The position numbers were made by a program, and so were the translations under genes. The notes under the pieces were generated by a model. The model searched no databases and had not been told where the DNA came from. It worked only from the letters and a program-made list of their open reading frames with translations. This document shows, piece by piece, positions 20,349 to 28,970 of a stretch of DNA of 64,000 nucleotides. Location of the stretch: assembly GCA_947313855.1 (NCBI GenBank), contig CAMZNS010000032.1, positions 1,306-65,305 on the forward strand, given 5' to 3'. Within the stretch, counting starts at the first letter, position 1. Every line of letters begins with the position of its first letter. The DNA comes from an uncultured Deferribacteraceae bacterium (lineage in GTDB: Bacteria > Chrysiogenota > Deferribacteres > CAMZNJ01).

Positions 20349-21509
20349 TTGATTCTTATGTCTGTGTTTATAAATTACTTTCAGTCAACAGGTGTTTTCA
20401 ACCTAGGTGTTGGGGACATGATAATGTTGTCCATCTCCCTACTCTTGCTGTACCTTGCAATACGCAAGCAGTTTGAGCCCCTTCTGCTTCTTCCCATAGC
20501 TTTTGGGATGATGCTTGCGAACCTCCCCCTTAGCGGTATCACCGATCTTCCCATCCCCGGCATGAACGGCAACCATGGTACTCCTGGCGGCTTGCTCTAC
20601 TACCTTTACCTCGGTGATGAGCTCGGTATCTTCCCGCCACTAATTTTCTTGGGTATCGGTGCTATGACCGATTTCGGTCCTTTGCTTGCTGCTCCCCGCT
20701 CTTTATTTATCGGTGCGGCTGCACAGTTCGGCATATTTATCACCTTCTTTGGAGCTGTTCTTCTTGGTTTCACCGCTCAGGAGGCTGCCACCATCGGCAT
20801 TATTGGCGGTGCCGACGGTCCCACCACCATCTACCTTTCATCCAAACTTGCTCCGACCATATTGGCGTCCGTGGCTGTTGCTGCTTACTCCTACATGGCA
20901 CTTGTTCCCCTCATTCAGCGTCCCATCATGGCCGCTCTCACCACGGAAAAGGAGCGTGTTATCCCCATGGCTCAGCTTCGCCAAGTGAGCAAGCTTGAGA
21001 AGATACTGTTCCCTATTGTTGTTACCATTATCGTCTCCCTCCTTGTTCCCGCTGCTACAACCCTTGTTGGTATGCTTATGCTTGGTAACCTGTTCCGCGA
21101 ATCGGGTGTTGTGGCTCGTTTGACCAACGTTTCCGAGAATGCACTCATTAATATCGTAACCATATTCTTAGGTTTGTCTGTTGGTAGCTCCGCGTCTGCC
21201 GAGTACTTCCTCACGCTGGATACCCTGAAGATACTACTTCTTGGTGTTTTTGCTTTCTCCGTTGGTAGTGCCACGGGGATTATTATTGTGAAGATTATGA
21301 ACCTATTCTTGAAGACCCCCATCAACCCCTTAATCGGTAGTGCTGGCGTCTCAGCAGTCCCCATGGCCGCACGTGTCTCCCAAGAGATGGGGCAACGTTA
21401 CTCGCCATCCAACTTCCTACTGATGCACGCTATCGGTCCTAATGTTGCCGGTGTTATCGGTAGTGCCGTTGTTGCTGGTACGTTCCTGAGCTTATACTCC
21501 TTGGTATAA
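20349..21509 (+). CDS. Na+-translocating decarboxylase beta subunit (OadB/MmdB)
   Basis: It is a polytopic membrane protein resembling the OadB family throughout. Confidence 0.85.
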   Translation: MILMSVFINYFQSTGVFNLGVGDMIMLSISLLLLYLAIRKQFEPLLLLPIAFGMMLANLPLSGITDLPIPGMNGNHGTPGGLLYYLYLGDELGIFPPLIFLGIGAMTDFGPLLAAPRSLFIGAAAQFGIFITFFGAVLLGFTAQEAATIGIIGGADGPTTIYLSSKLAPTILASVAVAAYSYMALVPLIQRPIMAALTTEKERVIPMAQLRQVSKLEKILFPIVVTIIVSLLVPAATTLVGMLMLGNLFRESGVVARLTNVSENALINIVTIFLGLSVGSSASAEYFLTLDTLKILLLGVFAFSVGSATGIIIVKIMNLFLKTPINPLIGSAGVSAVPMAARVSQEMGQRYSPSNFLLMHAIGPNVAGVIGSAVVAGTFLSLYSLV

Positions 21510-21523
21510 AGAGGTACTCTTTT

Positions 21524-22603
21524 ATGACTGTTAGTGTTAGAAACGATGCAAAAAGAATACTCATCTTTAACCCCTCGTTCCTTGGCGACACTGTGCTGAT
21601 GACCCCATTGGCACAGTGTCTTAGTACCCTCTACAAGGATTCCGAAATATGGATCTGTGTTCGCCCCGAAAGCAAGCCTTTAGTGGACAACATACCCGCT
21701 GTTCACGGCGTCATTGTTTACGACAAACGGAACAAACAGAAGGGGTTTGCAAAATCTATCGCATTTATCAAAACACTTCGCAGCTACAACTTCCATCTTG
21801 TTTTAGGACTACACCTCTCATTTCGCTCAACATACATCATACGGGGACTAAAATCAGAATCCACCACCACTGTTGGGTTCCACGAAGGCGTAATGTCCAA
21901 AACCTACGACTTCCGTACAGCAAAATACACCGACGACGCCAAACATGAAGTTGAACGTTACCTCAACATTATCCGCTGCCTTGTCACCCCAAACTCGTTT
22001 CAAATGGCGGACGCCAAAGAACTGGCAGGCAAATGCCAAGTCTCCATCGACACCACCCTCGCCAACAACATCACAGAATACGTCGCAACCCTCAAACACA
22101 GCACCCTCGTAGGCATTGCACCCTTCTCCGCATGGAAAACCAAAGAATGGCCCATGGAAGGATACGCTTGGCTCGCACGACAACTAACTCTACAAGGACA
22201 CCTTGTGTTCCTATTCGGCGAAACCCGACACACGATTCAGGGTGAAGAGTTTCTGAAGCTGTGCATGGTCGATGTGGTCAACCTCATCGGCGTTGTGGAT
22301 ATTCAGGGTGCCGCAACATACATCCAAGCCCTCGACCTGCTGATTACCAACGACACCGCACCCATGCATATTGCCGCGGCTGTTGACACCCACGTTGTTG
22401 CCATGTTCGGACCAACCGTCCCCCACCTAGGCTTCCTCCCCTACACCGACAAATACACCCTCTTCGAAAACATCAACATCAACTGTCGCCCCTGCACCAT
22501 GCACGGTTCCGAGCTTTGCCCGCAAGGACACTTCAAATGCATGGAAGATATCCACCCACAGCGCGTCTACAACGCTGCCCAAGAGGTTTTGAGCCATGTC
22601 TAA
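21524..22603 (+). CDS. Glycosyltransferase family 9 (ADP-heptose:LPS heptosyltransferase-like)
   Basis: The N-terminal motif is ILIFNPSFLGDTVL. The C-terminal nucleotide-sugar pocket is TNDTAPMHIAAA. A C-terminal Cys/His cluster is present. Confidence 0.8.
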   Translation: MTVSVRNDAKRILIFNPSFLGDTVLMTPLAQCLSTLYKDSEIWICVRPESKPLVDNIPAVHGVIVYDKRNKQKGFAKSIAFIKTLRSYNFHLVLGLHLSFRSTYIIRGLKSESTTTVGFHEGVMSKTYDFRTAKYTDDAKHEVERYLNIIRCLVTPNSFQMADAKELAGKCQVSIDTTLANNITEYVATLKHSTLVGIAPFSAWKTKEWPMEGYAWLARQLTLQGHLVFLFGETRHTIQGEEFLKLCMVDVVNLIGVVDIQGAATYIQALDLLITNDTAPMHIAAAVDTHVVAMFGPTVPHLGFLPYTDKYTLFENININCRPCTMHGSELCPQGHFKCMEDIHPQRVYNAAQEVLSHV

Positions 22604-23759
22604 CAACAACTGCAACTACGACAACAATTCCCATCGAAACAGTGCCGAACAACACGATCCCATGTCGCCCAACCTCCTCTTCATCCGATTCAGCTCCCTT
22701 GGCGATGTACTCCTCACAACAGGGATCATCAAAGCCGCCCACGAAGCCCTCCCCCACGCAACAATCTCAGTCATCACCAAAAGCGAATACTACCACATTT
22801 ACGACGCATGCCCATTTGTGGACAACATCTACACCATACCCAACGGTGTCAGGTTCACCTCCTACCGCCGCCTGCTCCGCCATATCCGCGACAATATCAC
22901 CTTCCACTACATCATCGACCTACACAGCAACACTCGCTCCCACATGCTCGGCATCTGTTTCCGTTCCGCTCGTCTCAAGAAATACAAAAAGAATAGCTTC
23001 GCACGACGTCTCTACGCTAAAACCAAGATAAAGCTTCCCAGTATCGGTAAACATGTTGTTCAGAAGTATTACGCCTGCCTCTACACCACCCTTAAACCCC
23101 TACACAACAGCATTCCTGAGGGGAAACTGCCCCACCCTAAACAGGTCTCCCTCGAGTACCTTGCCCCCCATATCCACAGCGTTGGCAAGCTGAGTAAGGA
23201 GGTTCTCAAGGAGGTGTCGAAATTTTCCGATCAGAGTCGTCCATCGGTTGTTCTAGCCCCTTTTGCGAGCAAGCACACAAAACATATTCAGAATTATACA
23301 CATATTATGCGTAGCCTTGCCGCTGATTACAATGTTGTTCTTGTTGGCGTTTCACACGACTACTCCCCGCTGGACATGACCCTGTATGCCCCCAACAACA
23401 CCACAACTATTGTTGATCTTGTGGGGCGTCTTGAGATCCCCGACCTACTCCAGATTATCAGTACTGCGAACGTCGTTGTTAGTGCCGATTCGGGTATCAC
23501 CCATGCTGCTTCAGCGTTGCAGATCCCCCTTGTGACACTATTTTGCGGAACGGATACGCTCCTTGGGTTTGCCCCGTCGTATGGTATTTACGAAATCCTC
23601 GAGATAAACACCCTGAGCTGTCGTCCATGCAGTATTCATGGTAGGTCTAAGTGTAAGCTTGGCGATTTCCCCTGCTCGACCGGCATCACCCCCGCCATGG
23701 TTATGGAGACGGTTTCCCATGTTATTCAATATAAATATAGGGCACACATGCCGTCCTAG
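22596..23759 (+). CDS. Glycosyltransferase family 9 (second heptosyltransferase-like paralog)
   Basis: The N-terminal motif is LLFIRFSSLGDVLL. The C-terminal motif is SADSGITHAASAL. A CRPC...C..C motif is present. The likely start is the ATG at 22662. Confidence 0.8.
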   Translation: MSNNNCNYDNNSHRNSAEQHDPMSPNLLFIRFSSLGDVLLTTGIIKAAHEALPHATISVITKSEYYHIYDACPFVDNIYTIPNGVRFTSYRRLLRHIRDNITFHYIIDLHSNTRSHMLGICFRSARLKKYKKNSFARRLYAKTKIKLPSIGKHVVQKYYACLYTTLKPLHNSIPEGKLPHPKQVSLEYLAPHIHSVGKLSKEVLKEVSKFSDQSRPSVVLAPFASKHTKHIQNYTHIMRSLAADYNVVLVGVSHDYSPLDMTLYAPNNTTTIVDLVGRLEIPDLLQIISTANVVVSADSGITHAASALQIPLVTLFCGTDTLLGFAPSYGIYEILEINTLSCRPCSIHGRSKCKLGDFPCSTGITPAMVMETVSHVIQYKYRAHMPS

Positions 23760-23935
23760 GAGACGGTTTCCATACGGTTTCCATACGGTTCCCATATTGT
23801 TCCCATATTATTCAATATAAATATAGGGCACACATGCCGTCCTAGGAGACGGTTTCCATACGGTTCCCATACGGTTCCCATACGGTTCCCATATTGTTCA
23901 ATATAAATATAGGGCACACATGCCTATTAATCCAC
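23690..23935. repeat. Threefold direct repeat of the 3' end of the GT9 gene (unit TTCAATATAAATATAGGGCACACATGCC plus GGTT(T/C)CCATAC sub-repeats), followed by (CCCTATTG)4 at 23938-23970
   Basis: Direct reading. The first copy contains the native stop codon. Copies 2 and 3 lie downstream of it. Confidence 0.85.
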
Positions 23936-24099
23936 ATTTTGCCCCTTCCCTATTGCCCTATTGCCCTATTGCCCTATTTGATAAATTTCCCTTGATTTTT
24001 TTTGCAATACTCTTTATAGTTATTAACTAGTGATTATTAGTTTGATTTTTCAAACAAACTGTACTATTTTATACATAGGTGCTGTTTATTATTTTTTTT

Positions 24100-24173
24100 C
24101 GGGGCGTGGCGCAGCCTGGTAGCGTGCACCCTTGGGGTGGGTGAGGTCGCTGGTTCAAATCCAGTCGTTCCGA
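24100..24173 (+). tRNA. tRNA-Pro (anticodon GGG)
   Basis: A manual cloverleaf was built. The 7-bp acceptor stem is CGGGGCG/CGUUCCG with two G-U pairs. The D arm is GCGC/GCGU. The anticodon stem is CACCC/GGGUG with loop UUGGGGU. The T arm is GCUGG-UUCAAAU-CCAGU. The discriminator is A. No CCA is encoded. Confidence 0.85.
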
Positions 24174-24331
24174 TTTATTTTAAAAAATAGTTAATTGCAA
24201 ACATAGTAACCGTTTAAATTAAAAAATAAAAAATATTGCAGATACTTGTTAAGTTTTTGAATATTGCTACGATATACTAATTGTAGACACCACTCCACTC
24301 GCCTTGAGCCCTGTAGCATGGAGGCTATCTT

Positions 24332-25411
24332 ATGAAAACAACAACCCTTACGCTGTTTGCCGTTATCCTAGTGCTCGTATTCTCTCCACTAACCGCAAAA
24401 GCAACCTTTATCGCCCCCACTGCAACCATAAACAAAAAAACCACCCTCGGTCCCAACGTACAAATACTCGATTATGTCAGAATTTCCAAATCGGCAAAGG
24501 TGCTCGACAGTGCCTCAATTGAAGGGTTCTCCGAAATAGGCAAAAAAGTTGTCATTCGCAATAACGCCATCGTCTCTGGAAGCTCACGGGTGCTCAGTGG
24601 CTCCACTGTATCCAATAACGCCAAAATCCTCAACAACAGCTATGTCAAAGACGAATCCTCTGTCGCCGGATCCAGCACCATCGATGGCACATCATCCATC
24701 GAATCCCAATCACGCATATTCGGCAGTGTATCGATTAGTGGTAGCGTCCGTGTTATTCAAAAATCCACTGTCCGAGACAAAGCCACCGTACAAGACTCTG
24801 TTATTGTCAAAAAAGGCTCCACCGTACGAGACAATGCCCGCGTAAGCGGTAGTGCCGTTATCGACAAACGATCCATCATCAGAGACAACAGTACTGTTGG
24901 CGGTACTAGTCGCGTACGCGGTGCCATCATCCAAAACAACGTCGCACTCTACAACGCCTCCTTCGTAAACGGCAGATCCGTGGTCATCAAAGACTACGCC
25001 ACACTCTACGACTACGCATATGTTGCCCACAACGCCTCTGTTGCAGGACGTGCCACACTCCGTGACAGCGTTCGCGTTCTCAACAATGCCAAAATATACG
25101 ACATGGCAACACTCTCAAACTCCGCTGAAGTTCGCGACAATGCCAAAGTTTACGGCAAAGCCTCCCTAAGCGGTAGCACCATCGTTGAACAAAATGCCAC
25201 CGTCTCCGGCAATGCACAAATTATCGGCAATGTTCGTATCTCCGGCAATGCAAAAGTATCCGGCAATGCACAACTCTCCGGCAACCTTATCATCACTGGT
25301 GATGCTGTGATTACTGGTGATGCTATCATTAGTGGCACGATGGTTATTCGCTCAGGAACTATTACCGACCGGTACACAGGCGAATTCGTTCGGAGCTTTA
25401 CACCGCAGTAA
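24332..25411 (+). CDS. Secreted left-handed beta-helix (hexapeptide-repeat) protein of unknown function
   Basis: A Sec signal peptide is present (MKTTTLTLFAVILVLVFSPLTAKA). It is followed by more than 40 consecutive [LIV]-x-G/N-x-A-x hexapeptide-type repeats (ISGNAKVSGNAQLSGNLIITGDAVITGDAIISG). Confidence 0.6.
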   Translation: MKTTTLTLFAVILVLVFSPLTAKATFIAPTATINKKTTLGPNVQILDYVRISKSAKVLDSASIEGFSEIGKKVVIRNNAIVSGSSRVLSGSTVSNNAKILNNSYVKDESSVAGSSTIDGTSSIESQSRIFGSVSISGSVRVIQKSTVRDKATVQDSVIVKKGSTVRDNARVSGSAVIDKRSIIRDNSTVGGTSRVRGAIIQNNVALYNASFVNGRSVVIKDYATLYDYAYVAHNASVAGRATLRDSVRVLNNAKIYDMATLSNSAEVRDNAKVYGKASLSGSTIVEQNATVSGNAQIIGNVRISGNAKVSGNAQLSGNLIITGDAVITGDAIISGTMVIRSGTITDRYTGEFVRSFTPQ

Positions 25412-25454
25412 AAAGTCTCGCAACGCCGTCGATTATCAGTCGTAATGAGCAATA

Positions 25455-25575
25455 CTGTTGCGAACAACACACCGCCTCCCGCACCGCCTCCCACACCGCC
25501 TCCCGCACCGCCTCCCACACCGCCGCTCACACCGCCTCCCACACCGCCGCTCACACCGCCGCCCACACTGAGAGC
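25455..25575. repeat. Intergenic tandem 15-mer CACCGCCTCCCRCAC, about 8 copies
   Basis: Direct reading. It generates a spurious Gly-rich minus-strand ORF. Confidence 0.85.
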
Positions 25576-25626
25576 TAATAACATCAAATAATCGTACTGA
25601 ATTGTGACAGTACTAGGGGTTTTCGT

Positions 25627-26781
25627 ATGCCTTACAGCGATGAGCGTAACCAGCATGAACATAGCCATAGCCATAACCATAACCATAGTAATCGTGGCGA
25701 ACTTGTGTCCAGCCTCCTACCTGTGCACATCGTTCATACTGCCGACACACTCTCCACAGCGATGGCTCATGCCGTCATGGAGCACATAACGCGTATGGTT
25801 CATGAGAGCTCGACCGTGAACGCACCCGTGAACACACCCGCGAACACGAGCTCGCCCGTGAACAACACACCCGTGAGCACGAGCTCGCCAACAAATAGCA
25901 CTGATAACACTAGCAACACTGACAGTCGCATTGTTGTCCACCAATGTATTCGCGACTACGACTTCTTCCAACATATCACACATATTGCCACCAGCATTGC
26001 CAATCCATCCGTTAATGGGTCTATCATCGCAATCGACATGCACGGGATTCAGAGCTTCCACGCCGCCGTTGCTGTGCCCGGAATAGTTTCTGCACAGTGC
26101 TACGACGAGTTTACCAGCCAAATGACACGTGCACACAATGATGCCAAATGTATTACCCTTGCGTCGTCCATACTGTCGCCAAGCCTAGGGAGTCGCATTG
26201 CTGAGTTGTTCCTTACGACAGAGTTTGAGGGTGGGCGACATGCCGACAGGTTGAGGCTTCTTCATGGCATCCGGAGCAGTGCGACCGCGACCGCGACCGC
26301 AACCGCAACCGCAACCGCAACCGCAACCGCAACCGCAACCGCAACCGCAACCACGTTGATTGCCATCGGTTGCGATCACAGTGCACTCCAACACAAGAAT
26401 GAGATTAAGGCATACATCGAAGGGATGACGGTTCCGGGTAGCTCGAGTCATGTTTGCAAAGTTGTGGATGTTGGCACAAATACCACTGAAAGTGTACATT
26501 ACCCGAACTATGGGGAGGCAGTGGGTCGCTTGGTTGCCTCAGGCGAGGTTCACCTAGGGATTGTAATTTGTGGCACAGGTGTGGGGATAGTGAATGCTGC
26601 GAGCAAGGTTGATGGCGTGCGTAGCACCCTAGCGTTACACCCTAGCACGGCATACATTTCGCAATCGATGTACAGCTGCAACGTACTCGCCATAGGTGCA
26701 CGTACGACAGGTGTGGGTGTGGCGTTGGAGCTTGTTGAGTCGTTTGTTACGTCATGGCACCAGTATCGCCTAGCCCACTAG
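25627..26781 (+). CDS. rpiB: Ribose-5-phosphate isomerase B (RpiB/LacAB family) carrying an N-terminal partial duplication, a His-rich leader and an (Ala-Thr)12 linker
   Basis: The C-terminal 150 aa is a complete RpiB (IAIGCDHSA...GIVICGTGVGIVNAASKV...NVLAIGARTTG). Residues ~130-220 repeat the second half of RpiB, including the C-terminal signature FLTTEFEGGRHADRL. Confidence 0.7.
   Translation: MPYSDERNQHEHSHSHNHNHSNRGELVSSLLPVHIVHTADTLSTAMAHAVMEHITRMVHESSTVNAPVNTPANTSSPVNNTPVSTSSPTNSTDNTSNTDSRIVVHQCIRDYDFFQHITHIATSIANPSVNGSIIAIDMHGIQSFHAAVAVPGIVSAQCYDEFTSQMTRAHNDAKCITLASSILSPSLGSRIAELFLTTEFEGGRHADRLRLLHGIRSSATATATATATATATATATATATATTLIAIGCDHSALQHKNEIKAYIEGMTVPGSSSHVCKVVDVGTNTTESVHYPNYGEAVGRLVASGEVHLGIVICGTGVGIVNAASKVDGVRSTLALHPSTAYISQSMYSCNVLAIGARTTGVGVALELVESFVTSWHQYRLAH
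26281..26355 (+). repeat. In-frame hexanucleotide repeat (GCRACC)12 encoding (Ala-Thr)12 inside rpiB
   Basis: Direct reading. Confidence 0.9.
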
Positions 26782-26859
26782 AGCTAACTTGGTTAGTGCA
26801 TCAGCTACGGCGATGGCGTCGTCATGGCACCAGTATCGCCTAGCCCACTAGAGCTAACT
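26750..26859. repeat. 39-nt direct repeat (GTCATGGCACCAGTATCGCCTAGCCCACTAGAGCTAACT) duplicating the 3' end of rpiB downstream of its stop; copies at 26750-26788 and 26821-26859
   Basis: Direct reading. The second copy abuts the flgH stop codon on the opposite strand. Confidence 0.85.
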
Positions 26860-27657
26860 AAACGGCCAGAGCCAGTCTACAACTTTGCTGAATAGCCCTG
26901 TGTTCCTCGTATCAGAGATCATCCCTTTCCCGGAGTAGCTAATCTGTGCGTTAGCGATATTTTGCGATGAAACCACGTTGTTTGCGTTAATATCTTTGGG
27001 ACGAATCAGTCCTCGAATGGACATTATCTGCTTCTCATTATCCACAACAATTTCACGGTGCCCTTCAATTACCAGATTGCCTGATGGTAGTACTCGCAAA
27101 ACTGTTGCTGCGATTGTTGCCTGTATCTGATCTTGCCTTGTGTTTGAGCCTTGCCCGGCAAAAGATGACGTGTACTGCGTGCCTAGGTTTGGCGAAAAGC
27201 CCACTCCACTGCCGAGGAAGTTTGTTATGCCAAGGTCGAGTGGCAGTCCTCCCAGTGCTGTTGCCGAGGCTCCCACGGATGAGGTTTTCCCCGTTGTTGC
27301 ACTCCCTGTGTTGGTTGCGGATGATGATTCTGAAATGATTACGGTAATAAGGTCGCCCACTTGTCGTCCTTTGTAGTCGGCAAACAGGTCGCTTTTGTAT
27401 TCGTTATTTGCCCACAGTGATGCTGTACGCGAGGATTTTTGTGCAACTTGGTTATCGTAGTCTTCCATGAGAGCCACGTAGTCCACGGATGGTTCGAATG
27501 CCACACTGTCTGTGTTTACGCGGGCACATCCCCCCAGTGGCAATAGCATCAGCGACGCCAACGCAACCGATGCAAGCACAGAAACCTTTTTCAGATTCAT
27601 CGTAGGTGTATGGTTGGTTATGGTTTGTGGGATGGTAGTAGTTTTTGTGTTAATCAT
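26854..27657 (-). CDS. flgH: Flagellar L-ring lipoprotein FlgH
   Basis: The lipobox is LLPLGGC. FlgH signature regions are GDLITVIISESSSA and LRVLPSGNLVIEGHREIVVDNEKQIMSIRGLIRPKDI. The likely start is the internal Met at 27600. Confidence 0.85.
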   Translation of the reverse strand: MINTKTTTIPQTITNHTPTMNLKKVSVLASVALASLMLLPLGGCARVNTDSVAFEPSVDYVALMEDYDNQVAQKSSRTASLWANNEYKSDLFADYKGRQVGDLITVIISESSSATNTGSATTGKTSSVGASATALGGLPLDLGITNFLGSGVGFSPNLGTQYTSSFAGQGSNTRQDQIQATIAATVLRVLPSGNLVIEGHREIVVDNEKQIMSIRGLIRPKDINANNVVSSQNIANAQISYSGKGMISDTRNTGLFSKVVDWLWPFS

Positions 27658-28147
27658 AGGCGTACCCTTATGTTATAATCTCATGGTTTTCATATTAGCA
27701 ACCCCCCTCACAGAAGCCTATGAGAGGGGTTAGTGGTTTATCCTAATAGCGGATGTTGTGTTTTTGAGTAATAATTTTAACAGCAAGTGTTTGTGGTAAA
27801 AGTTAGTATGAAGTCGTCACTTGCGTACTGTAGAGCTTTTGGGCAACAGTTGAAGGTTCTTGTTCTGTTTAGAGAACTTGGAACATGGAAAGAACATCAT
27901 CAATCTTAGTTGCAACTTGGTAGATTCCTGTGAAAATAATCACATTGATTATTGCTTTCATAATGCACACCCTTCGTTTTATTTTGATAAATAAAACTTA
28001 TGTAATATGCATAGTAAGTAGCAACAAGCATGCCAACTTCGGACTATGGTGCTAATTTTTTGGGGATAAGTTGTTGATGAGGGGTTAAACCCTCCATAGA
28101 TAAAGGGTTTCGGGTGGTAGCTAAGTTTTGTGAATTATGTAGACGTG

Positions 28148-28393
28148 TTAATCTTTGGTATGTTTTTTACGCAGTTGCTCCAACGCTGAGGAACTCTTTA
28201 CCTTCGTTGCCTGCCTATTTTCCTCCAAAACCATGTCAAATATCTCTTTACGCAAAATATGATACTTCATCGGAGCTTCAATACCCACTTTCACAGCATT
28301 GGCACTAATATCCACAATTTTGAACTCAATCAGCCCATCGATCATTATACTTTCGTTTAGCTTTCGTGACAGTACAAGCATTGTTGCAAACAC
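28148..28393 (-). CDS. csrA: Carbon storage regulator CsrA
   Basis: The diagnostic motif is MLVLSRKLNESIMIDGLIEFKIVDI...VKVGIEAP. The start is probably the Met at 28381. Confidence 0.9.
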   Translation of the reverse strand: MFATMLVLSRKLNESIMIDGLIEFKIVDISANAVKVGIEAPMKYHILRKEIFDMVLEENRQATKVKSSSALEQLRKKHTKD

Positions 28394-28438
28394 CTCTGAC
28401 GTTTCTAGTTTTTGTATCTGTACTTAGGGTACTGTGTG

Positions 28439-28918
28439 TTAGGCGAATATCTTTGTTCGCAGTCCGAGTGTTTCGTCATCCAAGACAAACTGCATGGCAA
28501 AGCGTTTTTCAAGGTTGAGGAGGATGGGTGCACGCATATTGACTGTAGCCTGTTCGATATTGGAGTGCATCCGTACTACTCCGAATAAGTTTAGGGAGTT
28601 TTTGTTGTTAGCATCCGCCTCGAGCACTTCGTAACATGAGTCTGGTATTTGTGGGTCGTAATCCACCCCTGAGCTTTGCATATCGAGTAGTATAAATATT
28701 AAGTCGGGCTCTTCAATGCACACAAGGCGGTAGAATGGCATCTCGCCATCGTTGCCCACAAGTAGGAACTGCCTACGGAATGGGTAGCCGATAATCGGTG
28801 CTGCAAAGTTCACGATATCGCTACGCGAGTAGTTTACTGATCCTAAGCCGTCTATCTCTATTTGGAATTTCTCTTCGACTACTTGACGAGACATCAATCC
28901 TCCACCATATTGATCCAT
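28439..28918 (-). CDS. fliW: Flagellar assembly factor FliW (CsrA antagonist)
   Basis: FliW family motifs are present: FAAPIIGYPFRRQFLLV, FYRLVCIEEP, APILLN. Confidence 0.85.
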   Translation of the reverse strand: MDQYGGGLMSRQVVEEKFQIEIDGLGSVNYSRSDIVNFAAPIIGYPFRRQFLLVGNDGEMPFYRLVCIEEPDLIFILLDMQSSGVDYDPQIPDSCYEVLEADANNKNSLNLFGVVRMHSNIEQATVNMRAPILLNLEKRFAMQFVLDDETLGLRTKIFA

Positions 28919-28970
28919 TAAGCTTGTACAGTAGCAGTCCTATCCCGGTGAAATATTTGTCACCGGTGCC

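Noticed and set aside
23690-25600. tRNA-Pro-associated genomic island or integrated element
   Set aside because: No integrase, no duplicated tRNA 3' end serving as attR and no mobility genes are present. The flanking repeats resemble the generic microsatellite behaviour seen everywhere in the window, so it is recorded only as a mild compositional or context observation.
25150-25686. 178-aa minus-strand ORF with (GGVGGGVSGG)n
   Set aside because: It is encoded by the intergenic 15-mer array and overlaps the 3' end of the beta-helix gene. It is a repeat-driven open frame rather than a gene.
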